This document shows, piece after piece, positions 19,768-29,214 of a stretch of 64,000 nt of DNA (position 1 is the stretch's first letter; each line of letters starts with the position of its first letter). Under the pieces are notes generated by a model. The model was not told where the DNA came from. It made no database searches and saw only the letters and a program-made list of their open reading frames with translations. This DNA is from Spirochaetia bacterium. GTDB taxonomy: Bacteria > Spirochaetota > Spirochaetia > UBA9216. A program made the position numbers and the translations under genes. The stretch covers positions 2,432,001-2,496,000 of the forward strand of contig CAXXYH010000004.1 in the NCBI GenBank assembly GCA_963677925.2. Reading direction: 5' to 3'.

Positions 19768-20781
19768 ATGCTAGTTCTCGGTATTGAAAGTTCATGCGAT
19801 GAATGCGCTGCCTCGGTTGTAGAGGACGGGCGTAGCATCCTCAGCAATGAAATTGCCACACAGATAGACATCCATGTTCCGTATAACGGAGTTGTTCCGG
19901 AAATTGCTTCGAGGACTCATACAGAATGGGTCTCAGGCGTGGTCAACCGGGCACTTGAGACTTCAGGTAAAACGCTGTCTGAAATTGACGGTATTGCAGT
20001 TACCAACCGTCCCGGACTTATAGGTTCACTGCTTGTCGGACTTTCTTTTGCAAAGGGCTTATCACTCGCAAGCGGTATTCCTTTTATCGGTGTAGATCAT
20101 ATTCTCGCTCATTTATATGCTGCAAAGCTTGAATTTGAAATTGAATATCCCTATATGGGGCTGCTCGTTTCCGGAGGACATACAATTATCTCAATAGTAA
20201 AAGCCTTTGATGATATTGAAGTTCTTGGAACTACTATCGATGATGCCTGCGGCGAAGCTTATGATAAGGTTGCAAAGCATTATGGCTTCGGATATCCGGG
20301 CGGGGCTGTCATTGATAAAATGGCTCAGAACGGAGATGCAGCAGCTTTCAGTTTTCCTGATCCTTCACTTCATAAGGGTGATCACAGATATGATGTCTCC
20401 TATTCGGGCCTAAAAACCGCTGTAATAAACCAGCTTGAGCAGTTCAGGAATGAAGGTTTTGAAGCGACAAACGAGAATATATCCGCGGGTTTTCAAAAAG
20501 CGGCTATTGATATGCTGACTAAAAGACTGTTTAAGGCTGCTCAGGATAATAATATTAACAGGATAGTTGCCGGCGGCGGAGTTGCTGCCAATTCTTATCT
20601 GAGAGAATCTTTAAAATCCAGAAATAATTTCAAGGTGTTTTTTCCATCAATGACGCTGTGTACCGACAATGCCGCAATGATAGCAGGAATAGGCTACCAC
20701 CATCTGGCAAGAGGTGAAAAATCTGAACTTTCCTTAAATGCCGGTTCCAGGGTGGATGGCTTTCGAAAAAAATACCCCTGA
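19768..20781 (+). CDS. tsaD: tRNA N6-adenosine threonylcarbamoyltransferase TsaD
   Basis: LGIESSCDE, GVVPEIASR, HILAH, VSGGHT, DDACGEAYDKVAK, SYSGLKT, CTDNAAMIA. Confidence 0.96.
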   Translation: MLVLGIESSCDECAASVVEDGRSILSNEIATQIDIHVPYNGVVPEIASRTHTEWVSGVVNRALETSGKTLSEIDGIAVTNRPGLIGSLLVGLSFAKGLSLASGIPFIGVDHILAHLYAAKLEFEIEYPYMGLLVSGGHTIISIVKAFDDIEVLGTTIDDACGEAYDKVAKHYGFGYPGGAVIDKMAQNGDAAAFSFPDPSLHKGDHRYDVSYSGLKTAVINQLEQFRNEGFEATNENISAGFQKAAIDMLTKRLFKAAQDNNINRIVAGGGVAANSYLRESLKSRNNFKVFFPSMTLCTDNAAMIAGIGYHHLARGEKSELSLNAGSRVDGFRKKYP

Positions 20782-20814
20782 TTTCTCAGGGGATCCAAAT
20801 TATTTAATTAATAA

Positions 20815-21381
20815 TTATTTGACCATTCCAAGCGGCAGAATTGTTTTACCGTAAACCTCATTGAGGATAAGGGCAATTGCTGTGTAGAAAGCTGAAAAAC
20901 CGCAAAAGATTCCCTCTATTCCTGCAATGGTATGAAGTACATGACTTCCGGTAAAATCGGATAAGGCAAGCAGAACAAAAAGAATAGTAAGTGAGCCGAA
21001 AATAGTCTGATGTGCTTTGCTGATTTTAAGAGTTCCGAAATACATGCAGAAAGTAAAGATTCCCCAGAGAAGAAGATAAAAACCGGCATCAAGGCTTGTT
21101 GAAGATGTTACCATTTCTGCAGGAAGCAGTTTAAGGGCAACAAAAGAGAGCCAGAAAAAACCGTACATGGTAAATGCTGTAGCTCCGAAAGTATTGCCGA
21201 TTTTCCATTCCTGTACACCGGCTATTACCTGTGCGAGACCTCCTACAAAAATTCCCATGCCCAGAATCATAGCTGTTAGGGGGAATACCCCGGCATTATG
21301 GATGTTAAGCAGAATGGTAGTCATTCCGAATCCGAGCAGGCCCAGCGGCGCCGGATTTCCAGTACTTGAGTTTGCAGACAC
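20815..21381 (-). CDS. satP: Acetate/succinate uptake transporter (SatP/YaaH, GPR1/FUN34 family)
   Basis: NPAPLGLLGFGMTT, GNTFGATAFTMYGFFW; 6 TM; GTG start with AGGAG RBS. Confidence 0.9.
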   Translation of the reverse strand: MSANSSTGNPAPLGLLGFGMTTILLNIHNAGVFPLTAMILGMGIFVGGLAQVIAGVQEWKIGNTFGATAFTMYGFFWLSFVALKLLPAEMVTSSTSLDAGFYLLLWGIFTFCMYFGTLKISKAHQTIFGSLTILFVLLALSDFTGSHVLHTIAGIEGIFCGFSAFYTAIALILNEVYGKTILPLGMVK

Positions 21382-21403
21382 TAATACACTCCTGATAGAT
21401 AAT

Positions 21404-21433
21404 AAAAAAAAGCCGCTGCGAACGCAGCGGCTT
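21404..21433 (-). terminator. Rho-independent terminator after fba
   Basis: AAGCCGCTGCG/CGCAGCGGCTT inverted repeat followed by a T run on the minus strand. Confidence 0.8.
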
Positions 21434-21469
21434 GTATACTAACTTAAAACACTGTTTTTGGAAAGTCCC

Positions 21470-22468
21470 TCAGGCCTTACCTGCAGATCCTAGAACGTTA
21501 TTATTCTTTGCCGAATACAGTTCTTTCAGTGCATCTCTGGCTGGAGAAAGGTACTGTCTGGGGTCGAAATGTGCAGGGTTTTCAGCCATGTATTTCCTTA
21601 TGGCTGCAGTCATTGCAAGACGACCGTCAGAATCAATGTTTATCTTGCATACTGCAGAAGCTGCCGCTTTTCTCAGCTGTTCTTCAGGAATTCCTACAGC
21701 ATCCTTAAGTGCACCGCCGTTCGCATTAATGGTATTTACCTGATCCTGTGGAACAGAGGATGAGCCGTGAAGTACAATAGGGAATCCCGGAAGTTTTTCT
21801 TCTATTTCTTCAAGAATATCAAATCTTAAAGGTGGAGGAACTAAAACACCGTCAGCATTCCTTGTACACTGCTCTGGCTTGAATTTATTTGCACCGTGAG
21901 AGGTACCGATTGATATTGCAAGTGAATCAACGCCTGTTTTTGATACAAAGTCAATTACTTCCTCAGGTCTTGTATATGTTGATTTTTCAGCAACAACATC
22001 ATCTTCTATTCCTGCAAGTACTCCAAGTTCACCTTCAACAGTAACATAGTTTTCCTGTGAGTGTGCGTAGTCAACTACTTTCTTGGTGAGTGCAACGTTT
22101 TCTTCATATGAATGATGTGAACCGTCAATCATTACTGAAGAAAAACCATTATCAATACATTCTTTGCAGATTTCAAAATCGGCGCCGTGATCAAGATGCA
22201 GTACTACAGGTATGTCATAACCAAGTTCATGTGCATATTCAACTGCACCCTTGGCCATATTCCTCAGCAGCGTACCGTTTGCATATTTTCTTGCACCTGC
22301 TGATACCTGAAGGATAACTGGTGATTTTGTTTCGACACAAGCCTGAATAATAGCCTGCATCTGCTCCATATTGTTGAAGTTATATGCGGGTATAGCATAG
22401 CCGCCTTCAACAGCCTTGGCAAACATTTCCTTGGTGTTAACCAGGCCAAGTTCCTTGTATGAAGTCAT
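21470..22468 (-). CDS. fba: Class II fructose-1,6-bisphosphate aldolase
   Basis: AIPAYNFNN, LHLDHG, SSVMIDGS, VEGELG, GTSHG, VLHGSS, KINIDSD; start MTSYKELG with AAGGAG RBS. Confidence 0.95.
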   Translation of the reverse strand: MTSYKELGLVNTKEMFAKAVEGGYAIPAYNFNNMEQMQAIIQACVETKSPVILQVSAGARKYANGTLLRNMAKGAVEYAHELGYDIPVVLHLDHGADFEICKECIDNGFSSVMIDGSHHSYEENVALTKKVVDYAHSQENYVTVEGELGVLAGIEDDVVAEKSTYTRPEEVIDFVSKTGVDSLAISIGTSHGANKFKPEQCTRNADGVLVPPPLRFDILEEIEEKLPGFPIVLHGSSSVPQDQVNTINANGGALKDAVGIPEEQLRKAAASAVCKINIDSDGRLAMTAAIRKYMAENPAHFDPRQYLSPARDALKELYSAKNNNVLGSAGKA

Positions 22469-22617
22469 ACTTTTAACTCCTTGTATATTCATTCGAGATA
22501 AAGATTAATCACGGATGTGCACACTGTCAAGGCAAACCCGAAACTTTTGAACAAGTTCTTCATTTAATTGATAAATCTCGCTTGATTATTAATTACAGGA
22601 ATATTAGCATAAATTCG

Positions 22618-23532
22618 ATGAAGCTCAGAAATCCGGTATTACTTATGTCGTTTCTTTTACTTTCTGCAATGCCTTTATATTCAGATTCCTATGTTCTTGT
22701 TACAGACAGATACTGGAATGCTATGCTTGAGCAGGAGTATAAACCAGGACTAATTAAGAAGATTAAGATTTTTATTGAAGAGCATACCGGATTGAATTTT
22801 GAGAACAATTTAAGAATTGACGGAAAGAAAATCAGGCTTGATTTGATTGAGGATGACTCGGTACTTGGTTCCGTTGAAAAGCTCAGTAATGAAATCAGGA
22901 CTGCCTCTGAGGATACAGTTCTGCTCAGCCCTTATATATCATCGGCGGCTGAAGAATTGGCTGCAATGTTTCCTGATAAGAAAATTGTAGCCTTAAAAGC
23001 TGATGATAATCAAAATTCAGAAAGTTTCACCGAGACAGTTGAGAATCTGTATCACCTGATTTGGGATTATGAAGCGGCTTTTCTGAGTGCGGGAAAACAT
23101 GCTGCTGAGTTTGATAAAACCCTCATTGGTATTTTTTACACAGGGACACCGGAATTCCTGAACCAATATGAAACCTTTATGAAGGGATTTGATTCGATTA
23201 ATCCTGCTGTGGAGAAGGATATAATAAAATTTACCAATATTGATGATAAAAATGTTGTAAAGAAATTCAATGAAAAAATTGTGAACCATGACATTTTTTC
23301 TGCTGCAGTATTTGCCGGTCCATACAATCCTGATATACTTGCAGGAGAAGAGGGGGCCGGGACTGAGGATATTCTGTCTGCGAACACGCTTATCTGGTCG
23401 AATTCCGGTTTCCAGGTAAAAGGTTCGGTGGAACTGACTCCTTTGACGGTTCTCAGCTATGGAATCCGTGAATTTTCGGCAAAAGACGCTGAAAATTCAA
23501 AAAAAATATATGCGGATTTTATTTTATACTGA
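22618..23532 (+). CDS. Hypothetical exported protein, possibly periplasmic-binding-protein fold
   Basis: Signal peptide MKLRNPVLLMSFLLLSAMPLYS; no motif recognised. Confidence 0.6.
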   Translation: MKLRNPVLLMSFLLLSAMPLYSDSYVLVTDRYWNAMLEQEYKPGLIKKIKIFIEEHTGLNFENNLRIDGKKIRLDLIEDDSVLGSVEKLSNEIRTASEDTVLLSPYISSAAEELAAMFPDKKIVALKADDNQNSESFTETVENLYHLIWDYEAAFLSAGKHAAEFDKTLIGIFYTGTPEFLNQYETFMKGFDSINPAVEKDIIKFTNIDDKNVVKKFNEKIVNHDIFSAAVFAGPYNPDILAGEEGAGTEDILSANTLIWSNSGFQVKGSVELTPLTVLSYGIREFSAKDAENSKKIYADFILY

Positions 23533-23555
23533 AAAGACCCGAAAAAGAAAAAGAT

Positions 23556-23584
23556 TTGACAAACATATTTGTAAGAAATATAAT
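23556..23584 (+). promoter_or_regulatory. Consensus sigma70 promoter of the flaA pair
   Basis: Perfect TTGACA-N17-TATAAT, 50 nt upstream of the start codon. Confidence 0.85.
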
Positions 23585-23634
23585 TCAAATTGTCTTGGAT
23601 TCTGTGACTTTTGTTACTACATTAAGGAGTAAAA

Positions 23635-24369
23635 ATGATGAAACGAGGTAGCTTCCTATTCCTGTGCATTTTACTCGCCATTGCCTTCGTTATTCCTTCG
23701 AATGCGTTCGCAGATGAATCAACCGAGAATCTGGTCTCATGGGTTATCGAAAGCTTCGATCCTGAAGATAGAACCAGCGACTGGGTTGTTACAGCGAGTA
23801 AGTTTGTAACAGAGGGTTATCCCAAGCAGATTTATGCTAAAAACTGGCCTGAAGCTCTGTGGGGATACAATCTGGAAGGAAAGGATTACGAAGTTCTTGG
23901 TATAAATGCCAAATTTGATCGGAAAGGATATAATTATCTTGAGATTGTGCCTATTACCGGCGATCCGGCAGGCGAATGGCAGCATAATCCTATAGCACTC
24001 AAGGGTCGAGTTCAGAAATTCGACTGCTGGGTATGGGGTTCAATGTATGATTATAATATAGAACTGCATCTGATGGATTATAACGGAGTGAACTGGGTTC
24101 TTCCTGTAGGAAACCTTAAGTACAGCGGATGGAAAAACCTTGCGGTAAGTATTCCAGCTTATGTACCGCAGTCTGCCGTTTATATTCCATATTATAAACA
24201 GCTTACATTTGAAAAAATGGTTATCTGGACCATGCCTTATGAAGCTGTTGATGATTTCTATATTTATATCGATCATCTCAAGATTCTTACAGACGTATTC
24301 GAATCAAGGTTTGACGGAGACACTCTGACATGGCCTGACAAGATCGATGAAATGTGGGGTAATGAATGA
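23635..24369 (+). CDS. flaA: Flagellar filament outer layer (sheath) protein FlaA
   Basis: Signal peptide; VLGINAKFDRKGYNY, WVWGSMYDY, GNLKYSGWKNL, FYIYIDHLK. Confidence 0.85.
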   Translation: MMKRGSFLFLCILLAIAFVIPSNAFADESTENLVSWVIESFDPEDRTSDWVVTASKFVTEGYPKQIYAKNWPEALWGYNLEGKDYEVLGINAKFDRKGYNYLEIVPITGDPAGEWQHNPIALKGRVQKFDCWVWGSMYDYNIELHLMDYNGVNWVLPVGNLKYSGWKNLAVSIPAYVPQSAVYIPYYKQLTFEKMVIWTMPYEAVDDFYIYIDHLKILTDVFESRFDGDTLTWPDKIDEMWGNE

Positions 24370-25100
24370 TGATGACTCGAATGAATAAAATACTTGTTTT
24401 TTTTATAGTGCTGACTGTTGCAGCAGCTTCAATGGTTTCTGCTCAGGCAGCAAACAGGGCAGTGGGGGATCCTGATCCCACACAGATTGGTGTTGATACT
24501 GCACAGCAGGAACTGAAGGAAGTCTCAATCTCAAAGTTTGAGGATGCAGGCTTCTGGAGAACTACAATGCCGAGAGATTCCGGTATTTCTGCTATCAGAA
24601 AGATTACCGGCGGACCCATTGATAAGGAACCAATTCCTGAAGAGGAAGAACTTGGAATTAGCACCCCCGATGATTATGTTCTTGGTGCAAGGGTTAATTT
24701 CTACAAAAGATCAGTAACCTCTTTTGCAATAATGCCTGCCAATCCGCTTCCTGTAGAAGGAATCTGTAAAACAGTTTCAGTATGGGTAATCGGAAGAAAT
24801 ACTGATCATGTTCTGAAACTTTTAATTAAAGATCATTTTGGACAGAGAGCTGAAATTACCATGGGTAAACTGAATTTCAGCGGCTGGAAAAAAATGACCG
24901 TTGCAGTACCGACAAATATAACCCAGAAAGATTATCATTATGTTAATAAGATGGGTATTGAGATTCTTGGTTTCAAGGTTGATTGTAATGTAGAAGAGAC
25001 CTACGGTTCATACTACATTTATTTTGATGACCTTAGAGCTACAACAGACCTTTTCAGTGAAAACAACAGAGATGTTGATGATATTTCTGATACTTGGTAG
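24366..25100 (+). CDS. flaA: Second FlaA-family sheath protein
   Basis: Signal peptide; YVLGARVNF, SVWVIGR, GKLNFSGWKKM, YYIYFDDLRA; ATGA overlap with the first flaA. Confidence 0.85.
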   Translation: MMMTRMNKILVFFIVLTVAAASMVSAQAANRAVGDPDPTQIGVDTAQQELKEVSISKFEDAGFWRTTMPRDSGISAIRKITGGPIDKEPIPEEEELGISTPDDYVLGARVNFYKRSVTSFAIMPANPLPVEGICKTVSVWVIGRNTDHVLKLLIKDHFGQRAEITMGKLNFSGWKKMTVAVPTNITQKDYHYVNKMGIEILGFKVDCNVEETYGSYYIYFDDLRATTDLFSENNRDVDDISDTW

Positions 25101-25128
25101 ACCGGAGATTCATTTTATAGAGATATAT

Positions 25129-25161
25129 GGGACTGACTGAGATATGTCAGTCCTTTTTTTT
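25129..25161 (+). terminator. Rho-independent terminator after the flaA pair
   Basis: GGACTGAC...GTCAGTCC stem followed by a T run. Confidence 0.75.
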
Positions 25162-25165
25162 GATT

Positions 25166-26386
25166 ATGAATAAAGTTAAATCTATATCCAAAATATTTCT
25201 TCTCTTTACTTTCGTTATTTCAGTAACCTTACTGCATGCGGAATCGGAGAATTCTGAAGGTTATATATTCAGTTTCAGCAGCGCCAGCCGTCTGAAGATA
25301 ACCGAACGATCAAATATCAGAGTCACCGTTAACGGGCAGTATCAGGGTCTTACTTATAATGAGTCAAGAAGTGTTCTTGATTATATGTGGCACAAAGAAG
25401 GCAAGTCCCAGTACGCCGGCAGTTTTCTGGTTTTTCAGGATTCTATCCAGGATACACGAACTATTTCTAATCTAATCGAGCGGGATGAATATTGTGAAAT
25501 CCAGATTGATTCTGCAGGACATTATACTGTTGAGTACGAGCAGACAGTCCCGGTTCTGAGGAGTTTTCCGGTTTTCAGTGTAAAACCTGTTACCCCAGGT
25601 GACAAGTGGCGGGATTTCGGAGAAAGAATAGTAGATCCATTGAATAACGGCAGGCTTACAGCAGTAAAATTTTATTGTGAATACAGCTATGCTGGTATTC
25701 AGAATACTTCTCTTGGTGAAAAGCATATCATAAATGCACAGTATGCAATGAGATATAAAAAAGGTGATTCCTACATGTCTGATGATAATCTTAAACAGAT
25801 TTCAGGAAGACATATGGTAACGATAATGATTGATACCAGAGACAGTTCCTCAATATTTATCCGTGATATGCTGGATGAACAGTATCAGTATACAGATGGA
25901 ACCAGACTTGAACATTCGGGCTTTATTCTGACCTGGTATAATGATGTTGTCGGTATGGATAGAGAGGATGTTGTTAGAAACGTTTCGGAGCTCATTGAAG
26001 AACGTGATTTGCAGGATGTAGAAGTTACCGAAAAACAGGAAGGAATATCAATAAGTCTTCAGGATATTCATTTTGTCCCCGACTCACCGGAAATCCTGCC
26101 GGAAGAAATAAGCAGAATAGACAGGATAGCAGAAATTCTGCGCGATATCGATCCGTCGAAGATTATGGTTGTCGGTCACACTGCCGATGTGGGTACAAAA
26201 GCAAGCCAGTATGAGCTTTCAGAGAAGAGAGCTGAAACTGTAATTAATATTCTTGTTGGAAACGGTTTTCCTCCTGCATTATTTATATACAAGGGAGCCG
26301 GTGGTGATGAACCTGTTGGCGATAACGGAACTGAAGAAGGCCGGGCAAAAAACAGGAGGGTAGAGTTTATAATTCTTGAAGATTAA
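25166..26386 (+). CDS. OmpA-family peptidoglycan-binding exported protein
   Basis: Signal peptide; C-terminal IHFVPDS, VVGHTADVG, LSEKRAETV, NRRVEFII. Confidence 0.85.
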   Translation: MNKVKSISKIFLLFTFVISVTLLHAESENSEGYIFSFSSASRLKITERSNIRVTVNGQYQGLTYNESRSVLDYMWHKEGKSQYAGSFLVFQDSIQDTRTISNLIERDEYCEIQIDSAGHYTVEYEQTVPVLRSFPVFSVKPVTPGDKWRDFGERIVDPLNNGRLTAVKFYCEYSYAGIQNTSLGEKHIINAQYAMRYKKGDSYMSDDNLKQISGRHMVTIMIDTRDSSSIFIRDMLDEQYQYTDGTRLEHSGFILTWYNDVVGMDREDVVRNVSELIEERDLQDVEVTEKQEGISISLQDIHFVPDSPEILPEEISRIDRIAEILRDIDPSKIMVVGHTADVGTKASQYELSEKRAETVINILVGNGFPPALFIYKGAGGDEPVGDNGTEEGRAKNRRVEFIILED

Positions 26387-27191
26387 ACAGTTTTAAAAAA
26401 TTCATTCTTACTGATAAAACCAGTTCTTCCAGCGGTATCTGGCGAAGTTCAGCAATATAATCGTATGTATAACCGATAAAACCAGGGTGATTGGGCTTTG
26501 CTCTTACCTTCTGAGGTGATAAAAAGGGTGCATCGGTTTCTATTAGAAGACTGTCCAGAGGGACTGACTTTGCAGCATTCTGGATAATTTCAGCATTCTT
26601 ATATGTAACATTACCGGCAAAGGAAATATGGTAACCAAGCTCGCAAAACTTAAGGGCAGTTTCGTCGCTGTAGGAAAAACAGTGAATAATACCCTTTTTT
26701 TTCGGACTGTTTGATGCAATAACAGAAAGGGTATCCTCTTCCGCATCCCTTGAATGAATTACTACAGGAAGTGAAAGCTCATCAGCCAGTTCCAGCTGCT
26801 TTTTAAGAAGAGAAATTTGAAGTTCCCTTGTTCCCTGCATTCTGAAATAATCTAGTCCAATTTCACCCAGCGCAACAGCTTTTTTATCCTGAAGCAGTAT
26901 TTCCTTAAGGTATTCTATATCCGAGTCAATTTCAGGATTTACGCACTCCGAAGGATAATAACCGTGTGCAGTAAACAGATACGGAAGTTTACTTGCTGTT
27001 TCAGCCCGTAATGCAAAGTTTTCGCGGTTAATTCCTATATCAAGAGCATAGTCAAGCCCATTGCTGAAGCAGTAGTCAATGATTCCTGTCTCCTGCATTC
27101 CCCGGTTTTTCATATGGAAAAGATGAAAATGAGAGTCTATACAGCCTTTGGGGATATTATATTTTGAAGTATCAACTGAGTATTGATTCAA
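26367..27191 (-). CDS. tatD: TatD family nuclease/hydrolase
   Basis: DSHFHL, ALGEIGLDY, IHSRDA, IIHCFS, LIETDAPFL. Confidence 0.92.
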   Translation of the reverse strand: MNQYSVDTSKYNIPKGCIDSHFHLFHMKNRGMQETGIIDYCFSNGLDYALDIGINRENFALRAETASKLPYLFTAHGYYPSECVNPEIDSDIEYLKEILLQDKKAVALGEIGLDYFRMQGTRELQISLLKKQLELADELSLPVVIHSRDAEEDTLSVIASNSPKKKGIIHCFSYSDETALKFCELGYHISFAGNVTYKNAEIIQNAAKSVPLDSLLIETDAPFLSPQKVRAKPNHPGFIGYTYDYIAELRQIPLEELVLSVRMNFLKLFNLQEL

Positions 27192-29103
27192 GGTTTTCCT
27201 CTTTCAGGAAGTCAGTAAAGCTCCTGGCAATTTCAGGGTCATATTGTCTTCCGCTGTATTTATGAATTTCTTCAATAGCCTCATCAAAGCTTTTACCTTT
27301 TTTATAAGGCGTATCGTGTGTCATCGAATCGAAGCTGTCAAGAATTGAAAATATTCTCGATTCAATCGGAATATTTTTTTCTTTAAGACCCGACGGATAT
27401 CCGCTTCCGTCCCAGCATTCATGATGGTAGAGTATCAGTTCTGCTATTGATGAAAACTCCGGAATAGCTTTTACAATTCTGTAGCCGATAATACTGTGCT
27501 GTTTAATCGTGTTGTATTCTTCATCATTGAGCATTCCGTCTTTTGTGAGAATTTTTGATGGTATTCTGATTTTTCCAATATCATGCAGCTTTGCGAGATT
27601 ATTTAGTTTTTCAGCTGTGGTTGCGGATAGATTTAATTTTTTAGAGAAAAGCTTATTGATGGTAATTAGGTTAGAAATGTGTCTGTGAGTTTCAAATCCG
27701 CGGGTTTGAGCCGTTTCTATAATATCGGCAAAAAGCTGTTCAAGATGTTTTCCGCGGTTCTGAAGCTTCATTTTGTACATAAGCTCATCGGCCTTATGTA
27801 CAGCATCAATTAGAGATTCTTCCTGTGATACTTTGGTTGCACAGCCTATGGATACACTGGGTCTTGAAAAAATATCGTCATACACACTTTCATTACAGGC
27901 GGTAATTATATTTGAGGCTAGTTTTTCAGCTCTGGAAAGGGTACTCCCGGGAAGAAGAATTGCAAACTCATCACCTCCGGTTCTTGCTATTACATCGCTT
28001 TTCCGGCAGTTCGCTGCAAGTATTTCAGATACCTTTTTAAGAAGCTGATCGCCGAAAGCGTGTCCGAATGCATCATTAGTCAGTTTAAGACTGTTAACAT
28101 CAACAATCAGGACACTGGTGGGAATTGCGTTTCTGTTAAGTTCGAGCCGCTTAAGTTCCTCATCGAAATAAGCCCGGTTATAGAGTCCGGTCAGTACATC
28201 GTGGAAACTTTTAAAATAGTAGTCATTTTCCTTACTTTTTCTTGAGCTTATGTCTCTTATAATACAGGCATTCTCGTGAATACCGGATTTAACAACCTTG
28301 CATTCGAAATATTTATTTTCACCTGTTGATGCATGATTATATTCGAAAGTTCGAACTGAGCCTTCATTATGAAGCGTACCTGTATTTTTAATTATGGTGC
28401 TGGCAAGATGTTCAGGCATTATTTCAGTAAGATGACGGCCTTCAACAGCGCTTTCGCTTTGAAAGAGTTCGAATTCAGTTGATTCATGGTAGTCTATAAA
28501 CAGGCCCTTATCATTGAAAACAACAAGCAGATCAGGAATGGCGTTTAGAAGCGCTTTTGAGCGTTTCTGACTCCTCTCAAGCGCATTTTCCATCTCTTTT
28601 CTCATTGAGATATCCAGCATTACTTCGATAACGCCTTTGATTTTACCGTTTTCATCAAGAACAGGCTGAGAGGACATTAGAAAGGTTTCACCTTTACCAT
28701 TGGAAATCTCTTCTTTCCAGGGCCAGCCTGTTTTAATTGTTCCTGTTACAGGACAACCTTCACAGGGGTTATCGGTATTATGATAAACCTGATAGCAGGG
28801 ATTACCAATAATGTCTTCAATTCTTTTATTGTCAGGAACTGCCTTCAGGCCGGCTTTATTTATCCATTTAATGTTGTAGTCCAGATCAAGATAGCTGACC
28901 CTCTCAACAAGACTGTTTAGAATTTGTTCTTTTTCGCGTTCAGATTCCTTCAATGATTCTTTAATGACATCATCAAGGAAGTTTTTTCGGCTGCTGTCAG
29001 CGATATTTTTAAATTCAAGATTACCGGCTTTTATTTTTTCTTTAAGCTCTGCGATTTCATTTTCAAGCAGTTCAATCTTTTTCTGTTGAGGGTCTTTACT
29101 CAT
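27172..29103 (-). CDS. PAS-PAS-GGDEF-HD-GYP c-di-GMP cyclase/phosphodiesterase
   Basis: DVLTGLYNR, RKSD I-site, intact GGDEF, LHDIGK, HHECWDGSGYP. Confidence 0.92.
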   Translation of the reverse strand: MSKDPQQKKIELLENEIAELKEKIKAGNLEFKNIADSSRKNFLDDVIKESLKESEREKEQILNSLVERVSYLDLDYNIKWINKAGLKAVPDNKRIEDIIGNPCYQVYHNTDNPCEGCPVTGTIKTGWPWKEEISNGKGETFLMSSQPVLDENGKIKGVIEVMLDISMRKEMENALERSQKRSKALLNAIPDLLVVFNDKGLFIDYHESTEFELFQSESAVEGRHLTEIMPEHLASTIIKNTGTLHNEGSVRTFEYNHASTGENKYFECKVVKSGIHENACIIRDISSRKSKENDYYFKSFHDVLTGLYNRAYFDEELKRLELNRNAIPTSVLIVDVNSLKLTNDAFGHAFGDQLLKKVSEILAANCRKSDVIARTGGDEFAILLPGSTLSRAEKLASNIITACNESVYDDIFSRPSVSIGCATKVSQEESLIDAVHKADELMYKMKLQNRGKHLEQLFADIIETAQTRGFETHRHISNLITINKLFSKKLNLSATTAEKLNNLAKLHDIGKIRIPSKILTKDGMLNDEEYNTIKQHSIIGYRIVKAIPEFSSIAELILYHHECWDGSGYPSGLKEKNIPIESRIFSILDSFDSMTHDTPYKKGKSFDEAIEEIHKYSGRQYDPEIARSFTDFLKEENLESILS

Positions 29104-29214
29104 TAAATATAATTTAATATATAACCCAAAAAAATTCTACAAGAAGATACATTCTGTGAAAATTGTTGACAAATGAACTATTGCGTTTCACACTTTTATA
29201 CAGGAGGATGATTT

